A stretch of 64,000 nt of DNA from Bugula neritina. Lineage: Eukaryota; Animalia; Bryozoa. A model generated the notes under the pieces. It had not been told where the DNA came from. It did no database searches and saw nothing but the letters and a program-made list of their open reading frames with translations. The translations under genes were made by a program, and so were the position numbers. Positions 49,330 through 63,700 of this stretch are shown piece by piece. Positions within the stretch are counted from its first letter, which is position 1. Each line of letters begins with the position of its first letter. The stretch spans positions 14,808,722 to 14,872,721 of the forward strand of contig OZ037766.1 in assembly GCA_964035545.1 (NCBI GenBank), written 5' to 3'.

Positions 49330-50849
49330 TAGTCTGGGTGTATTGTATCAGCATTTGCTTGTATATATAGCCGTCAAACCACCTGTATCTGCAGTGAGAA
49401 TATGATAGCTTTTCCTACAAAGAGTGAGATGTTGAATGAAACATTTTATATAGCTGAGAAATACTGAAAGCATCCTAATCAATATGAGACCTTGAGATTA
49501 AAAATGTGCAATTAGTATATGTTCTGATGTGATAAAATTTAGCGTTTCAGAATCACTAAAAGAGAGTTAAACAATTAGAATCAGAAGACCAGTTTTCAAA
49601 AGTATAAAATGATGCTTCACCACATGAAAACTACAACCAATCTCAGTTAGAAAATTTTGGCTGTCTCAAGAACCAGATATAGCAGCTGTTTATTCATCAG
49701 TGAAAGTAAAAAAAGCCTCCAGATGAGTATGAAAACATCCATAATTTCCCAGTATTAATAATTTACTGCATGTTGTGTTTTTCAAACAATATTTGAATGC
49801 GAAAATGCTTTTATGTCAAAATTAAATTTAAAAAATTTCAACCCCGAAACTTGTGATATAACATTTTCCAATAGAGCTACACTTGGGCCTAAAGAACAGC
49901 CAGTATTTTACTTGACTAGAAGAACTCTGCAATTACCATTACTGCCATAGTTGCTATTAAAGATATTAGAATAATAAGACGCCAAGTTAGAAAATATGAC
50001 AAGGAACAGGATGTGGAACATTAAGATGAAAGTGGTTCAAATATTAGTGTTTTAGATGCAAAGCACAAGTTTTCAGAAGTTTAAGAAGAGAATTTTGCAA
50101 AATTATACAACAACCAGTCCATTAGAATTAGCTAATATGCTATCTATTTTGTGGGTCAACTTTAATCCAACAAATCTAGACTAGCAACCTATCCTAGTCT
50201 AACCATATCATTAACATAAACTACCTATTGACACTCAACCACAATAGTCATATCTATAAAATGTTTTTAAGAAATAAATAATTTTATCTCTCAACAAAGA
50301 TTTGATCGACCATATGTGTATAATTTTCAATACCCGATTAAACTTGAAAACTGTTCCACATATTCACTACAGCATATTGAATGTTAATATACTACAAAAA
50401 AAATAGCGTTTGCTTAAATTTATGTGATATGAATATGTCAGATCTTCTACTTTGATTTTTAGTATAAATAGAGACACAAAATACAAAAAGCAATATATAT
50501 CCCAAGTAGGAACTAAAAGACAAGCTAGAAGTAGAATAAAATAAAAATTGCCAAATGAATAAATTTAATATTTATCAATTACCATGCTGGCTTATAATGT
50601 ACATTTATTGTAAATTTATACTATAAACTATTATATGTAATCAAGATTATTATCATAATGTCTTACCAATGTACTAATATTATTTGATTTACTATTACTA
50701 TTAGATAACCTCAACTTTAAAATAATTTAAATGGATAATTGAAAGCCTTAATTATAATTTATAGTTCTATAACTGCTGTAAAACCTAAAATAAATCATTA
50801 TTGATTATGATTTTTAGTTGAAGTCAACAATTCATTGCTATGGCAAATT

Positions 50850-52620
50850 ATATTACTGAAACATTGTAATACTAATAGTGATAGCTATACTAAATCTGAT
50901 ACTGTCAATATCATACTTAGTCTCACGGCATACATGAGAATAAGACTAAGTGAGTCTGATAGTGATGGTAGTGATACTGATGGTCACACTGACGCTACAA
51001 GTATCACCATGATTATCATTATGATTATGGATCATATGGATGAGTTGATCATAGTGATACTGATAGTCATAGTGAATCACTATCAGTATCAATACCAGTA
51101 TCACTATCAGTACTAGTAGTAGTACAATCAAGTTACTTTGGGGATGGGGGGGGGGCTAATTTATTCAATTTTATACTCATACTGATACTCACTTTGACTT
51201 AGTCTTACTCTTAGTCTTACTGATATATAGTGATACCCATACTGATAAGTCAGTGTCACTAAGTCTCACTCTTACTCAGTTACTCTTACTGTTAGATTTA
51301 GTGCTACTAACAGAGTAATAGTAACAGTAACTGACAGTGACTCAGTCTCAGTGTGAGTGACCGAGTCAGACTCAGTGTCATGAGTGTGTTGATATTATGA
51401 TTACTTTTAGTATTAGCATGACTGTTGATGTCATCGTTATTTTGACAACAAATCATATGCGATGTGAATTATGATATAGTGTGACAATCACTATCATTGA
51501 AGCCACTGTTAGTGTTGAACAGTAGTAATCACAATAGCAATGAAAATGGTTACGTGCTTGCGAACACCCGTACAGGAAGCCGTTGTTTGTCAACGCCTTC
51601 ACTGTGCTCCAGCAATAGTACGTTCTTTGTACTATCGATAAAAATTAGAAATATTGATAAAGAGTTATCTTCTTACAATATTTATTTCTTTAACTAAGCT
51701 TTAATGTAATAAAGGTGGTAATTATAAATTATAAATTAAATAAGCTATTTTTAAAATTTTAGATTATTTTCAAATCTAACTTCATATAACATGTTTGTAA
51801 ATTCAAGTAATCGAATCGACATTTTGTGGTAACAAGGTCTAAGTAATCTCATACAGGATTACCATGCTTGCTAATGCTAGCACTAGAAGTATATTCATAT
51901 TGTGATGATTACCCGATTCAGATTGACCGAGAACGATTGCCATAATGATAATCATAACGATAACCATAAGGCTAAGTCTTATGACAATTGACAAGGATTA
52001 ACGAGTGCCATGTTATTTTTATGTAGTCCTACTCATCACATTGAATTTTGTTATACTACTACTACTAGTACTAGTACTAGTACTAGTAGTACTAGTAGTA
52101 GTAGTAGTAGTACTACTACTGTACTCAGTACTAGTGTTACTCTTATGAGTCTTACTCTTACTGTTAGTGTTAGTCATAGTGTTACACTTATTCTTAATTA
52201 TAATGTTATTCAGTTAATGTTATTCAGTTAGTGAGTTAATGTTATTCAGTTAATGTTATTCAGTTAATGTTTTTCAGTTAATGTTTTTCAGTTGATGTTA
52301 TTGTTACACTTACTGTTACAATTTAACTTTCACTCTGACTTAGAGTTAGTCACTTACAGTTACACTTACTGTTACTGTTAGTGTTAACTGTTGATGTTAC
52401 TGTTTGTGTTAGACTTAGAGTTACTGTTAGTATTCCTAGTATTAGTCTTAGTCTTACTCTTACCGTTACCGGTCTTACTTTTTAGACTTACAGTTATTGT
52501 TAGTGTCACTCTTGCTCTTAGACTTATAGTTATAGTATTACTATTACTATTAGTATTAGTTATACTTATAGTTAAACTGATATTACTACTGTGAGACTTA
52601 GGCTTAGAGGGTCATCAAAA
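50850..52620. promoter_or_regulatory. Inferred bidirectional GOSR2/PDCD11 promoter (~51540-51990) flanked on both sides by periodic low-complexity tracts
   Basis: Head-to-head genes whose first coding exons both begin after splice acceptors. A CpG-containing unique patch lies between two AGT/ACT-periodic tracts. The TSS itself is not observable. Confidence 0.4.
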
Positions 52621-53074
52621 ATGTTGCTTCTTGTCGATTTATGTTTTTACTAATTTTGATAGTGATTTGCTGATTGCATATTTAATTATATTCATATTCA
52701 TATTGCGTATTTCATCCTTGAAGCTAAAGCTAGTAGTAGTACTGCAGTTCATTCATTTTCAATTTCATAGTTCACTTGGACTTTCAATTTCATTCATTCT
52801 GATTCAGTTTTACTCGTAGTCATACTAATACTCATGCTCCGTCATGATGATGACGATGATAATTTTAGCCATACTGATGCTGATAGTCAATGTCATTCAT
52901 ATTGGCCTTGAGCTTGGCTCGAATCATTGTCACTCACTCACTTGTATTAGTGCCATTACACTTTACAGTACTTACTCCAACTCTGTGTTGATTGAACATT
53001 TAATTTTCACAAAATGTACAAATTAAATGCCTCTTTTATAACAGTGTGTTACAATAAGTGTAAAAGTGAATCAA

Positions 53075-53350
53075 CACGGTCAGCACGGTTTAGGAGTTTT
53101 TCATTTGGCTGGTGTAGAGACTAAGGTGTGTTTAATAGCCCCTAGAATTATAATTTTGGTCGCTCTGCTGACTTTTTGAGTTATGTGCTTGTTGAACTTC
53201 ATATTCTGTTGGAGTGTGATAAGAGAACTTGTCTGTCTGAGGAATGACATTGTGATTATTACCCAGTTTATAAGCGGATGTCTGGTCTGATTTGTTGAAA
53301 ACTATTGCATGATATTTAGATATGTCAGACGGCATTTTGCATATCCATTA
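53075..53350 (-). mobile_element. Degraded CR1/L2-type LINE ORF2 fragment
   Basis: W..MPSDISKYHAIVF..YKLG..ILGAIKHTL resembles the post-RT region of CR1/L2 ORF2 (W.M.FN.SKC..LG.IKR); frameshifted. Confidence 0.5.
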
Positions 53351-54783
53351 GTATGATAATTATTATGTTATTAATTTTACTATTATTTATTATAAATTAT
53401 AACCATTATTCTAAGTAATAATAATGTTGTTAATTTAAAATTTATATTACATTTTTATTTAAATATAATATTAATTCATAATTCAAACTGAATAACGTTA
53501 TAATCTATTATTGTGACAGTAATGCTATTACTATTAGTAATAAGAGTCACTAATAGTAACATTATGACTTACGAAAAAGAATGAATATTGGCAATACTAA
53601 CACTAACAATTTCGGTTCATAAATTGATTCTTGCGGATACTAAAAATAAAATTTAAATTTTTAATGACTAATGGTAATAGTAATACTTATTAAGTTATAG
53701 TATCACTTATAGTTGTAGCAAGAAATTTTTAGGTCCACTTCAGCTTATAGAGTTAGTTACTAACTCCAAACCAGGATATATAAGACTGCAAAATTTCGCT
53801 CATTCTAGCCAGGCTATTTGTTAAATAAACAATGTTTTGATTACAAAAAAATGGTTGTTTCTAATAAAATATGTAGATTAATGTTAATTAGTTATGATAA
53901 TCATAGGTCTTAACTTCAGATGTAGTATTAAACTTAAATTGACAATCCCTATCAGTGAAGCACAAATGTAATGAATTGTACGTATAGTTAATAATATTGA
54001 TTGCAATTAAAATTGTCTAATAGGCGTTTGGATTGTTGATAGCTATATTCATAATGATTCTGAATTGGAACAGTTGATAAAAAAGTTTTGATAAATATAA
54101 ATATTTGGGATTAAATCTGATGAAATCTTTTTATCATATTCCTCATAATATTGATTAATATTTATAAATACCGAACCTGGTATTTAATTTCACAGTTTGT
54201 ATCACCAATACCATATGTTATAGCTATCCAATTTGCAATCCCATAATGATTATGTGATAAGTCTTTGGTTTTTAGCTCGTCACAAATAACTTTAGTCACC
54301 AAATCGTATATAAGATAATAATTGTGTTTGATTTTGAAGTTTTTTTACAGAAGTTGTAATGTGTAGATGCAATTTTAAATTTACTCATTGGGAAATAATG
54401 TTGAGAACTTTGTCTAGTGGCTCTGAACAGGCAATTGAAAACTTTTTTAAATTCTGTATAATTAATTGGTTAACTTTGTTGTGCAAATTTGTATACGGGT
54501 AAATGGTTATTTTACTATGGAAATTAATTCTGTTTGGTTGAATTGGATTTGTTTTCTAACCAAAAAAGTTGTGGACTCTATTATGATTTTTATAGTTTTA
54601 TTTTTTTACCAGTGAAATTATTTCTAGAAGTTATTTGTTGCTAGTGTATTGCTTGATGTGGAAATGGTGGCAGATAGTTCACTGGGTTTTTGAGCTGTCA
54701 TAGGCTTCATTTTGGTGTGGGCTTTGATGATATAATATAAATTTATATTTTATATTTGCAGACACTACCTGCTCTGATTCAAC

Positions 54784-57700
54784 ATGAATGCAGAAGTTTG
54801 TTTCCCTCGTGGAGGAACAGAAAAACTAAGCAAGCGAACCGTGTTTAATGAAGATGGCGAAATAATTCCAACTACCAAATCTAGTAATAATAAAGCAAAC
54901 AGCAAATTAAAGGTAATCATTAGCACTGGTTGTTATTTTGTGATTGAAAACCTGTGTTGGGTGTAAGACTGTTGCATTGTATGTCTCTTATTTTAGATAA
55001 TTTTGACATGACGCAGTCAAATACGCATAAGTTATTATCGCTAATCGCCTTAAAATCAATATGATATTCCTTTACCTTTGTTACGCTTCTTTTAGATACT
55101 AACTTTGGTATGTTGTTGAAATCTTATTAGTGACCACGTTTTTAAAATTGTGAGAAAATCCCGATGTTTGCCAGTACTCTACCAGTCCAATATTGTAGCC
55201 GAATTTTGCTGGCAAAGTCAGTAAAGCTAAAAGCTTTACCAAGACAGCAACCCCGGGGTCAAAAAATGCCAAAGGTAAGACTAAAAAGGTGAAAGCTGTA
55301 GCTGAGGTCATAAAGAAGGTATACGAAGAAGATTCAGTCGTCTTTGTCCCTGAAAGGCTTTCAACAAAGGTGTGTTTAAGATAATCACTTCTTTTCGATA
55401 TAATATATTTTACTTCATTTTTTCGTTATCGGTCATTTTAGTTATTTTAGTCATTATGAACATCATTTTCATGGTTTTACTGCCTCAATCATTTTACTTT
55501 TTATTATATAAATATAGTGATGTGCATTCTGATCTATGAAGGAATTGAAGCTTAATTAACTTTTGCAGAAAGTAGTGAAGGGTACTTTGCTATTGGCAGC
55601 CATTAAGGAAATACGTGATTACGAGCTACGTGTGAATTTACCAAATAATCTCATTGGCTCGGTGTCAATTACCAATATGTCAGATGGTTACACTGGTCTA
55701 CTAAAAAGATTTGCGCAATCTGCTGATGACCAACTTCAGCTAGAGGTGCGTTCAAAAATATGTTTGCATTTTATTTTTTTAATGCAAGGTTGATGTTTGT
55801 TACTAAAATTTCTTAATATTAGATGTTGTGCAATAACTTGGTTATGTTTTTAGGAGTTGCACTCTCTTGGTGAACTATTCAATGTAGGTCAGATAATTCC
55901 CTGCATTTGTGTGGATGAAGCTAATAGCAGTCAACTTTTACAACTATCTGTTAACCCCAAACACCTACACGATAATTTACAGCCACAGAATTTACACAAA
56001 GACTTGGTGAGTAATGCAATTCAATTTTTAATTTTCTACACGTTATGTTGTTTACAAAAATGCTTTTGCCTACGTTCTTCATTTTTCTATGCACATGGAA
56101 GTCATTGCTATTATAGTGGTTTTGCTGTACAGTGTAAGTTTTGGAATGTTTTTAGGTTATTTATGGATGTGTGAATGGTGTTGAGGACCATGGCTATCGC
56201 ATAGACATTGGAGTATCAAACATCACTGCCTTTATGCCCAAAACTGGGACTGATAAAGGTAAAGAGGATCGCATTGAGGTTTCTGCTCTTGAGAGTTTTT
56301 TTTAATTAATAGGAAGTCAAAATACAAACTCCTATTTACTATTTTATTTATTGTAAAGTGGAAGTCTACAAATTGGTTAACATTTTTGTGTTAGAACTTG
56401 ATGGATCTTGTGTTGCCATAATGGCACCATATGAGCATCACTAAAGTTGTCTTCTTTACACTACTAACAACAACCAATGCTTATTTTATCCAGTGATTTC
56501 TCCATGCATTGCTCCAAACTTCAACTGGCTAGGAGTAGCATATTCTATGTTAAGCTATAGATATATTCACACAGAAAACAACACAATAAAAGCAGCTTTT
56601 TTTTCTGCGTTCAGCATCACTCGTTTAAAAAGTGAGCTCAGAAAAAGTTCCAGATTAAAATTACTGAACCCAAGTCTGGCAGGTTTGTGGTGCAACAGTC
56701 ACTGCCTAACCTGTATTGTGTTTTTAGTTCGTGTTTTCTTATATTGTACTCTTATAGGCAAGCACTACTGTGTATCCCATGTATTTTTAGGTCTCTATGT
56801 TGGCTCCATGAGGCGGTTCTGTGTAACAGAATCTGATGTAATGGGGTTGATATCTGGTGAGACACGTACAGTTACAGTCAATCTGCTGACTTCCACTGGT
56901 AAACCTGAGGTATGTTACTGCGAATGCCCTGTAGGATATGTGGGGATGTTGAATGAAGTGTTGTGTGAATGAATTGTACAATCTTAATATGATTTCTTAG
57001 TTTTGCCGTTGTGAAAGATCTTTGTAGCTGTGTAAAGCAATTGGTTGTAATTGTATGAGCATACACAAAATAACTATTAGTACTAAGATCCTAAAGCTCT
57101 ACCAACGATAAACAAGAAAACTGTTGCTACATGGGTCCTATTTTTGGTTGTAACTTGCAGCAAGCTCGCTCAAAGGACGTAACGTTCAACTCATTGCTGC
57201 CGGGTATGCTAGTAGAGGCCAAAGTTCACGCTCGTAAGACGGAAGGCTTGGTCGTGCAAATGGCAGCGCTCAAAGGCTATGTCCATATCACTCATCTTAC
57301 TCAACATGTCAAAGATTTCCTGCCCGATGAAATGGTATAGAATAGTTACTCTTTGGAATTGTGCCCTCTTGAGTAGCTACAATCTTTTTTAAAGAACAAT
57401 TCTAACGTATGAAAGGTGATTCTGTTCTACATTAAACTTTAAATAAAGTATTGTGAATAATGATTTGTTACAGAGCAAGTTCCGTGTGTTGTCAGTCAAC
57501 ACTGCCACTAAGTACATTCATCTGACTGCCCTGCCTTGCCTGTTGAATAGCATAGATAGCTGTGGTGCCGGGCCTATGAACGTGCCTTTAGGTGAGCCTG
57601 TCAACATCATCCTCAACAAGATTGTAGACAAGTATGTGTTCCTGAAATCTGAAGATACCGCTGCATCTTATATGGGGGTGAGAGTTTATATTATCACTTA

Positions 57701-60700
57701 ATATTCATGTTTGTGTTTGTCAACTAATCTAACAAATTGATAATCGGTCAATAAATATAAATATAACATTGCTACAAACCAGTAGTTGGCTACCCTATAG
57801 CTTGGCCCAGGTGGAACAAGAGGAGGCTGATTTATATGTAAAATCTGGCGTAACTATATATACTTCAGTATTTGTTTATGATATATTTACTGCATGGATA
57901 GTTCCCTCAATCATTTCTGTGTGAAACAGGGCAGCTGAGTGAAGTATAGAACTTGCATATGTCAGAATGCCACTACTTGTTTCAAAATACATTCACACAT
58001 GCTAGCCATTTGAGTTCAGTACTCCCTTCATAATGTAACATTTCAGGCTCTTCATCTCACTAAATCTTGTGTTAAGTTGTATAAATTATTTGCATATTTA
58101 TTGCTAACCAAACTAAGTATCCATTTTGATGTGTACAAATTGCCTCTCTCGTAATGTAGTTCTATACTCAATATTGCAAGGACTGCGTGCTGCGGTTGCT
58201 GATTCAGTTGTAACACATAGTCATCAAGCTGATGTTTACTGACAGGTATCTTTGCTACCCGAAAAGATTAGAACTTTGTCAAAGATTGCCGACACAAAGT
58301 TGAAGTGTTACTGGTTTGGGTGGGACTACTTAGAGAGCCGACCCGTGTTCTCAACTTCTCAGTATGTGTATTTCTACACTGTTTTCTTAAATTCTTGCTG
58401 CAAGTATTATCAACTTGAATTTCCTGCAAAAATATTACCATAAGCTGAACATAAAAATACTTTTGTATCACTCTTATGATGAGTGATGATTAGTGAATCT
58501 TACTCAAATGATGTTGTTTAATTATACTGTAGATATCAGAGTTTAAATATTTATAATTTCTTGTTTACTTTTTGCGGTCTACTCAATTTTTCCCAACTTG
58601 CCCCTGCATAATTTGCTTAGTCTATGTGGTGTAATGTTGTGTGAAGGAGAGTAGCTTGTACATATGAAGTTGGAGTTTGCTCCACATGCGATGTGGTACT
58701 TCCTATCTATCAAGTGTATTTCGTGTGTAGACCGAATGTCAAGAAGAGTGTGCTACCGACCATGATACCCGGTGATGCTATAAGTGCTAAATTAGTGAAG
58801 ATAGGTGCAGATGGTACTAAAGTTCTACTGGCTAGCGGTTTCCATGCCTTTATCCAGAATATTCACTTGACGGAAGTGCCTCTCAAGAATCCAGAAAAGA
58901 AGCTCAAAGTTGGGCAGACACTACCTTGCAGGGTGAGTGAACATTGTTTTCAATAATTCGTTAAATGCATAATATTTTATGAAAATTGATTTTATATCCT
59001 TTTAAGTAGCATAGAAAATTTAGTTTTTGTGCACTATATAAACCTAACCTAGTTAGTTGAATAGATAAATGGAAAGTGTATTGTGCAATTGACAGTAGTT
59101 TGTTAAAATGTATCATTTGGCGATCTGCTCTGGTGGAAATGGTGGATGCTGTGTATTTGCAGGTCCTCAGTGTAAACCTGGATACTAAGCGAGTCAGACT
59201 CACTGCAAAACCTTCTCTAGTCAATTCTGATCTCGAACCTTTATCCGATTTGCCATCGGCTAAAGTGGGCTCTTTGGTCAGAGGTGTAATAGTTAAGCTA
59301 ACATCTGGAGCTTTGGTAGCTTTCTACAACAATGTTGTGGTGAGTCAATGATTCATCTATTGTTTATGGCTGCCTGAAGATATAACAATCATGACTGCGG
59401 CATTACATTATTTTGCTTTTACATTTTTATTACTGCACCTAATGACTACTGTATGTATTGAGATTACATTATTTATAGTCCAGCAATCTGATGTATTTCA
59501 GTTGGGTGGTTTTATTAACTTAAACAACTGGTGCTAATTTTAGTGCTCAAATAAAGTGTTTTTCTGTTACAAGTTGTGCAATATAATGCTATTTCCCTCA
59601 AATTACGTCTTTTCTGTGCTACCTAACATTTAATTTATTGACTGGAATAATTTTTATTAAACTAATTATAGCCCATAAGCTATTATTTCATAACATCTTT
59701 TTTGTGCTGACAAGTGTGATATGTAAATATAGTAATTGTATATTTTCTTTCCTTACTTTACCGTAGAACTTGTATTTATCTTTATAGGGATTTGTTAGTG
59801 CAGCAAACTTAGCCAAGGAACCAATTGAGCATCCAGCAGATGTTTTCTACATCGGGCAATCCGTCACGTGCCGTATTCTTAGTTGTGATGCTGCTAAGGA
59901 TAAGCTGGCACTTTCTTTTATACTAGATGGAGATTCAGCTCCATCTGCTAAAAGGAAGTTGACAGATACATCGGATGAGGGCGTAAAACGTAGAAAAGTC
60001 ATACCACAAGGGCCAAAACTATCTGTCGGAGAGGTAAATATGTAGGGAAAGTACATTAAACCTTGTCGATGGCAAGAAATTGTATGAATAACGCTGTTTT
60101 TTTAAAACCTGTGATATTCTAAACATGTTTTTTACATTCAAAACTGTCGGAATAGTTGGTTGATTGATAGATCAGTTTAAAAAACTATATCTGTACACTT
60201 AAGCAAGCGCATTTCTTTACGACACTTGTGAACGTAATTCAAAATATTTCTCGCAAAACACTGCTCTTTTATTGAATAAGCAAAATTTGCCAGCAAAAGT
60301 TTATTCATAATAAAAACAATGATGTAGCTATAGTTTTGGTGTTGGCCAGTTTTAACTGCCAAGTTTTCTCTGAACATGCTAATGTAGATCGGTCTTCATT
60401 TTGTTGCAGATGTGTTCATGGAGGTTTTACAATTGGCTAACTTTTGTTGAATAAAAAAAAGCTTTTCTTTCAACAAAATAAAGTACTGACAAGTTTGATT
60501 CTAACATTTCACTCTTAAAAAACACATCCCGGATAAGTTGATATTGATCGATGACAAAATAGTTACAATCGAAACACTCAACAAATAGTCATGCGTTGCA
60601 TAATTTAGGGAATATTTTACTGTGCTAAAAATTCTAGCAATCATTGCCAATTTTCTTGAAAGTTGCTCATACTTTGACTGTCCTTGGCAAAGGACTAATG

Positions 60701-63700
60701 ATCCATTGGGACTGGTTTGCGTTGTGTAACTGTACTTTGACCTGTCTTTTTATCAAATTCACTGATTTGAGAAAAATTTTGGGTGGTGGCCTGAGAAAAT
60801 TGATTTCATGCAATTTACATTTTTGGCATGTGGGTGCTGTGCTATAAGTACATGTTAACTATACAGTAAATCCTGTACACAGTGCCCCTGTACTTAGTTC
60901 ACAGCATGCTGTACCAAGTTCACATTATACTGCACCACATTATAAATCTGTATTTTCATTTCAACCATGTCCTAAATGTTGATTCTAATTGTGTCAATAC
61001 AATAATTGACCTGTGTATTCTTTATATACATTATTTCTCATCTAAACTTAAGGACTTATGGTGTTATTCTAGGTAATATCTGATTGGTCAGTGGTCTCAA
61101 CTACAGCCAATGGTTACAATGTAATATCTGGTCTTGGTCACCGTGCTGTACTACCTAGCAGTGAGCTCTCAGACATGCCTGGTATTGCAGAGCTCAACGC
61201 AGCTTCTCTTACTGTTGGGTCTGTGGTCAAAGATCTTGTGTGTATAACAGACAACCAAAGTAACTACGTATCCTTTAGCATTCTTATTTATAATGTTGAT
61301 ACCTGTTTAAATGTGAAACCTATTTGTGTTCATGTTAATGGTCAGCCAGTCTAATTTAACAAAATGATGAACTGGTCACCATTGACATCCTGTTCTTCAC
61401 TGCAGTACATTGAGTCACTAATGTCCAGGTTTATAACTTGGTCATGTTTTGGCAGCCACTCTTCTATTAGTAAGCCATTTGCCTTTTTTCTCATCCATAA
61501 AAATGTTCAATTTTCATGCCTAGATATACAATACATGCCAATTTTACTCTGCTAGTCACATTTCAGCATTATCACTGTAATGCAATATGCCTATGAATAG
61601 TTCAGTCCTTGACTTCCCTCCCCCAGATTGTCAGCAATAAGCTGATGTTTAAATATTACTCAGCCAAGGATGGCCTAGCCAAGGATTGGAAGACTCTGAA
61701 GGTGTGTTGGTGTGTTTACTCATATCTTTTTCCTGTGGATACAGCATAAGCTTCTATTTCCTAAGTTATGTTTGGCACCTGGTAGCTCCTAGTGTCTTCC
61801 CTCATAGCAGTATTTGTAGTGGGTTTCTGCCAGCTGGCATTGCTACAGAAACGTCTTGAAGACAATAAATAAATACGGAGATATTTTTTGCTATGCATAG
61901 AATAATATTTTATGAATGTAGTTATGTTTTATTCTGCCTAACCTTAAATATATTGTATGACTTGCAGGAGCAGACTATAGGATATTGCAAAGTTTTTTCT
62001 GCATCATTTTCAGTTTAATTGCTACAGTTAGACGTTTATTTTGGCAATTGTGTAAAATAGTAGCAATATTACCTCACAGGTATTAAGATAATAACTCAAG
62101 AAAACTCTACAATAGGTTTTTAAGACATCACAATTATAGCTAATAGCTGGTGTTGTATTAATATCTAGTACTTAAGGAAGGCAATGGTGGATATTGCTGA
62201 TTTGTGGCCATTGTATGTATTTACAGGTGGAAGATAAACATCCTGGGTCTGTACTATCTCTCACAGAACATGGCATATTTATCAGCTTTTGTAACGGAAT
62301 AGTTGGACTTTGTCCGGAGAGGGTTAGTTGCAAGCTGATGACTCATTTATTATATTTCTGCTGCCTACAGCGTTACTTACATCACAATAGTTATGTCAGC
62401 AGCTTGAAATATTTGTGTGGGCTGAAAATTTAATCAAATGATTTATTCTCATCTTTCAGACCTTTGTCTACTATTAAATTTTCTAAACCACCTATAAACA
62501 TGATGCAACAATTATTGGGAAATCTCAAAATTTATTGTCTAAAGATATTAAAAATTAGCAAAAAGTTCAGAAATTATTTGACTAGTTTTTATATATGCAG
62601 CTTTACTAATTTTGTGCTGCTCTCTACTAGGTTGCTACAATTTTCGTAAATCTGCTTACTACATGTTACCTATCATGTTAGCATGTGGTGTGTTGCATTT
62701 ACTAGCTCATCTCAACTGCTTATTGTAGCTGCTACCACAGAACTCCAAGAAGTACCTTTCTCCAGGCAGAAGCCTACTCTGTAAAATAGTCTCTATAGAT
62801 ACAGTGAAAGAGAGAATGATTGTGGCGATTAAAGATGCCGAGTGTCCCCTTCCTCGCCACGACGCTGACTTACCATACAGAATGCTTGCCCAGAACCTCT
62901 CCGATTTGTCCGCCTATCAGAAGTGGGTCTCTACGCACGCTGAAGAAGGTGAGGGGAGCCAGCCAATTTCAATGATATTTCTATTTTATTTAATCAATGC
63001 TTATGTTTTCTGTCATTTTATCGTAGTTGAAAGGCCGTCGTCTTGTAATAGCTTTAAATTAAAAGTTCTGGAAAACTTTGATGAAAGAGAATAGAGCAAT
63101 GGAGGTCTTTTGTCAGCAATCTTTCAATATCTTTTGCTTGTGATTACCTAGTCAGTCAAGTATCTGGTTTGAAGTGTCACAAGGAATGTGTCTTTGTTTT
63201 AGCTGCAACTGCATCTAAAGTCAGCGGTTATGCTGTTGGTGACATTGTAAAAGGATTAATTGTTGAGAAGAAAGAGGATATTATCAGATTAAAGCTTGAA
63301 AATGGTGTGACAGCTGAAGCGTTAGGAGATCTTACTTCTGGTAAGAAACAGGAACCTCTTTTAGATAATGAAATAATGGAACATGTGATTTTAAAATATG
63401 GATAAGATCTCTTTACCTTAACTTGATTTAACAACCATCTTTGCTGGTCGAAAGCTTTGTGTAGCTGAAATTTGCAGTATATTGCTTGCATTGTAAATGC
63501 TTTGTTTTGTGTTTTGAGAGTTGTGCGACCTTGAACAAGTATTGTAATATGTGATTCCCACTTCCACTGTGGTTGCAGGTTGTGCTGCCAGAGTTGGCGA
63601 GACAGCGCTGGCTATTGTGATGCACATAGACCTGGTGAGCAGCAAGCTCACTGTGTTGGTAGACAAGCATTACCTGACTGACAGGAAGAGTTGCAAGGCG

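Noticed and set aside
51139-51155. G-rich run as a functional G-quadruplex
   Set aside because: A single short homopolymer in low-complexity DNA with no further support.
60060-60620. Possible DNA-transposon remnant in a PDCD11 intron
   Set aside because: CpG-richer than its surroundings, but I could not define TIRs or a TSD.
61730-61870. Possible intronic H/ACA snoRNA in PDCD11 (ATAGCA hinge, a GTTTCTG/CAGAAAC stem, ACA)
   Set aside because: The 5' hairpin and a guide target cannot be established by eye; it needs snoReport or Infernal.
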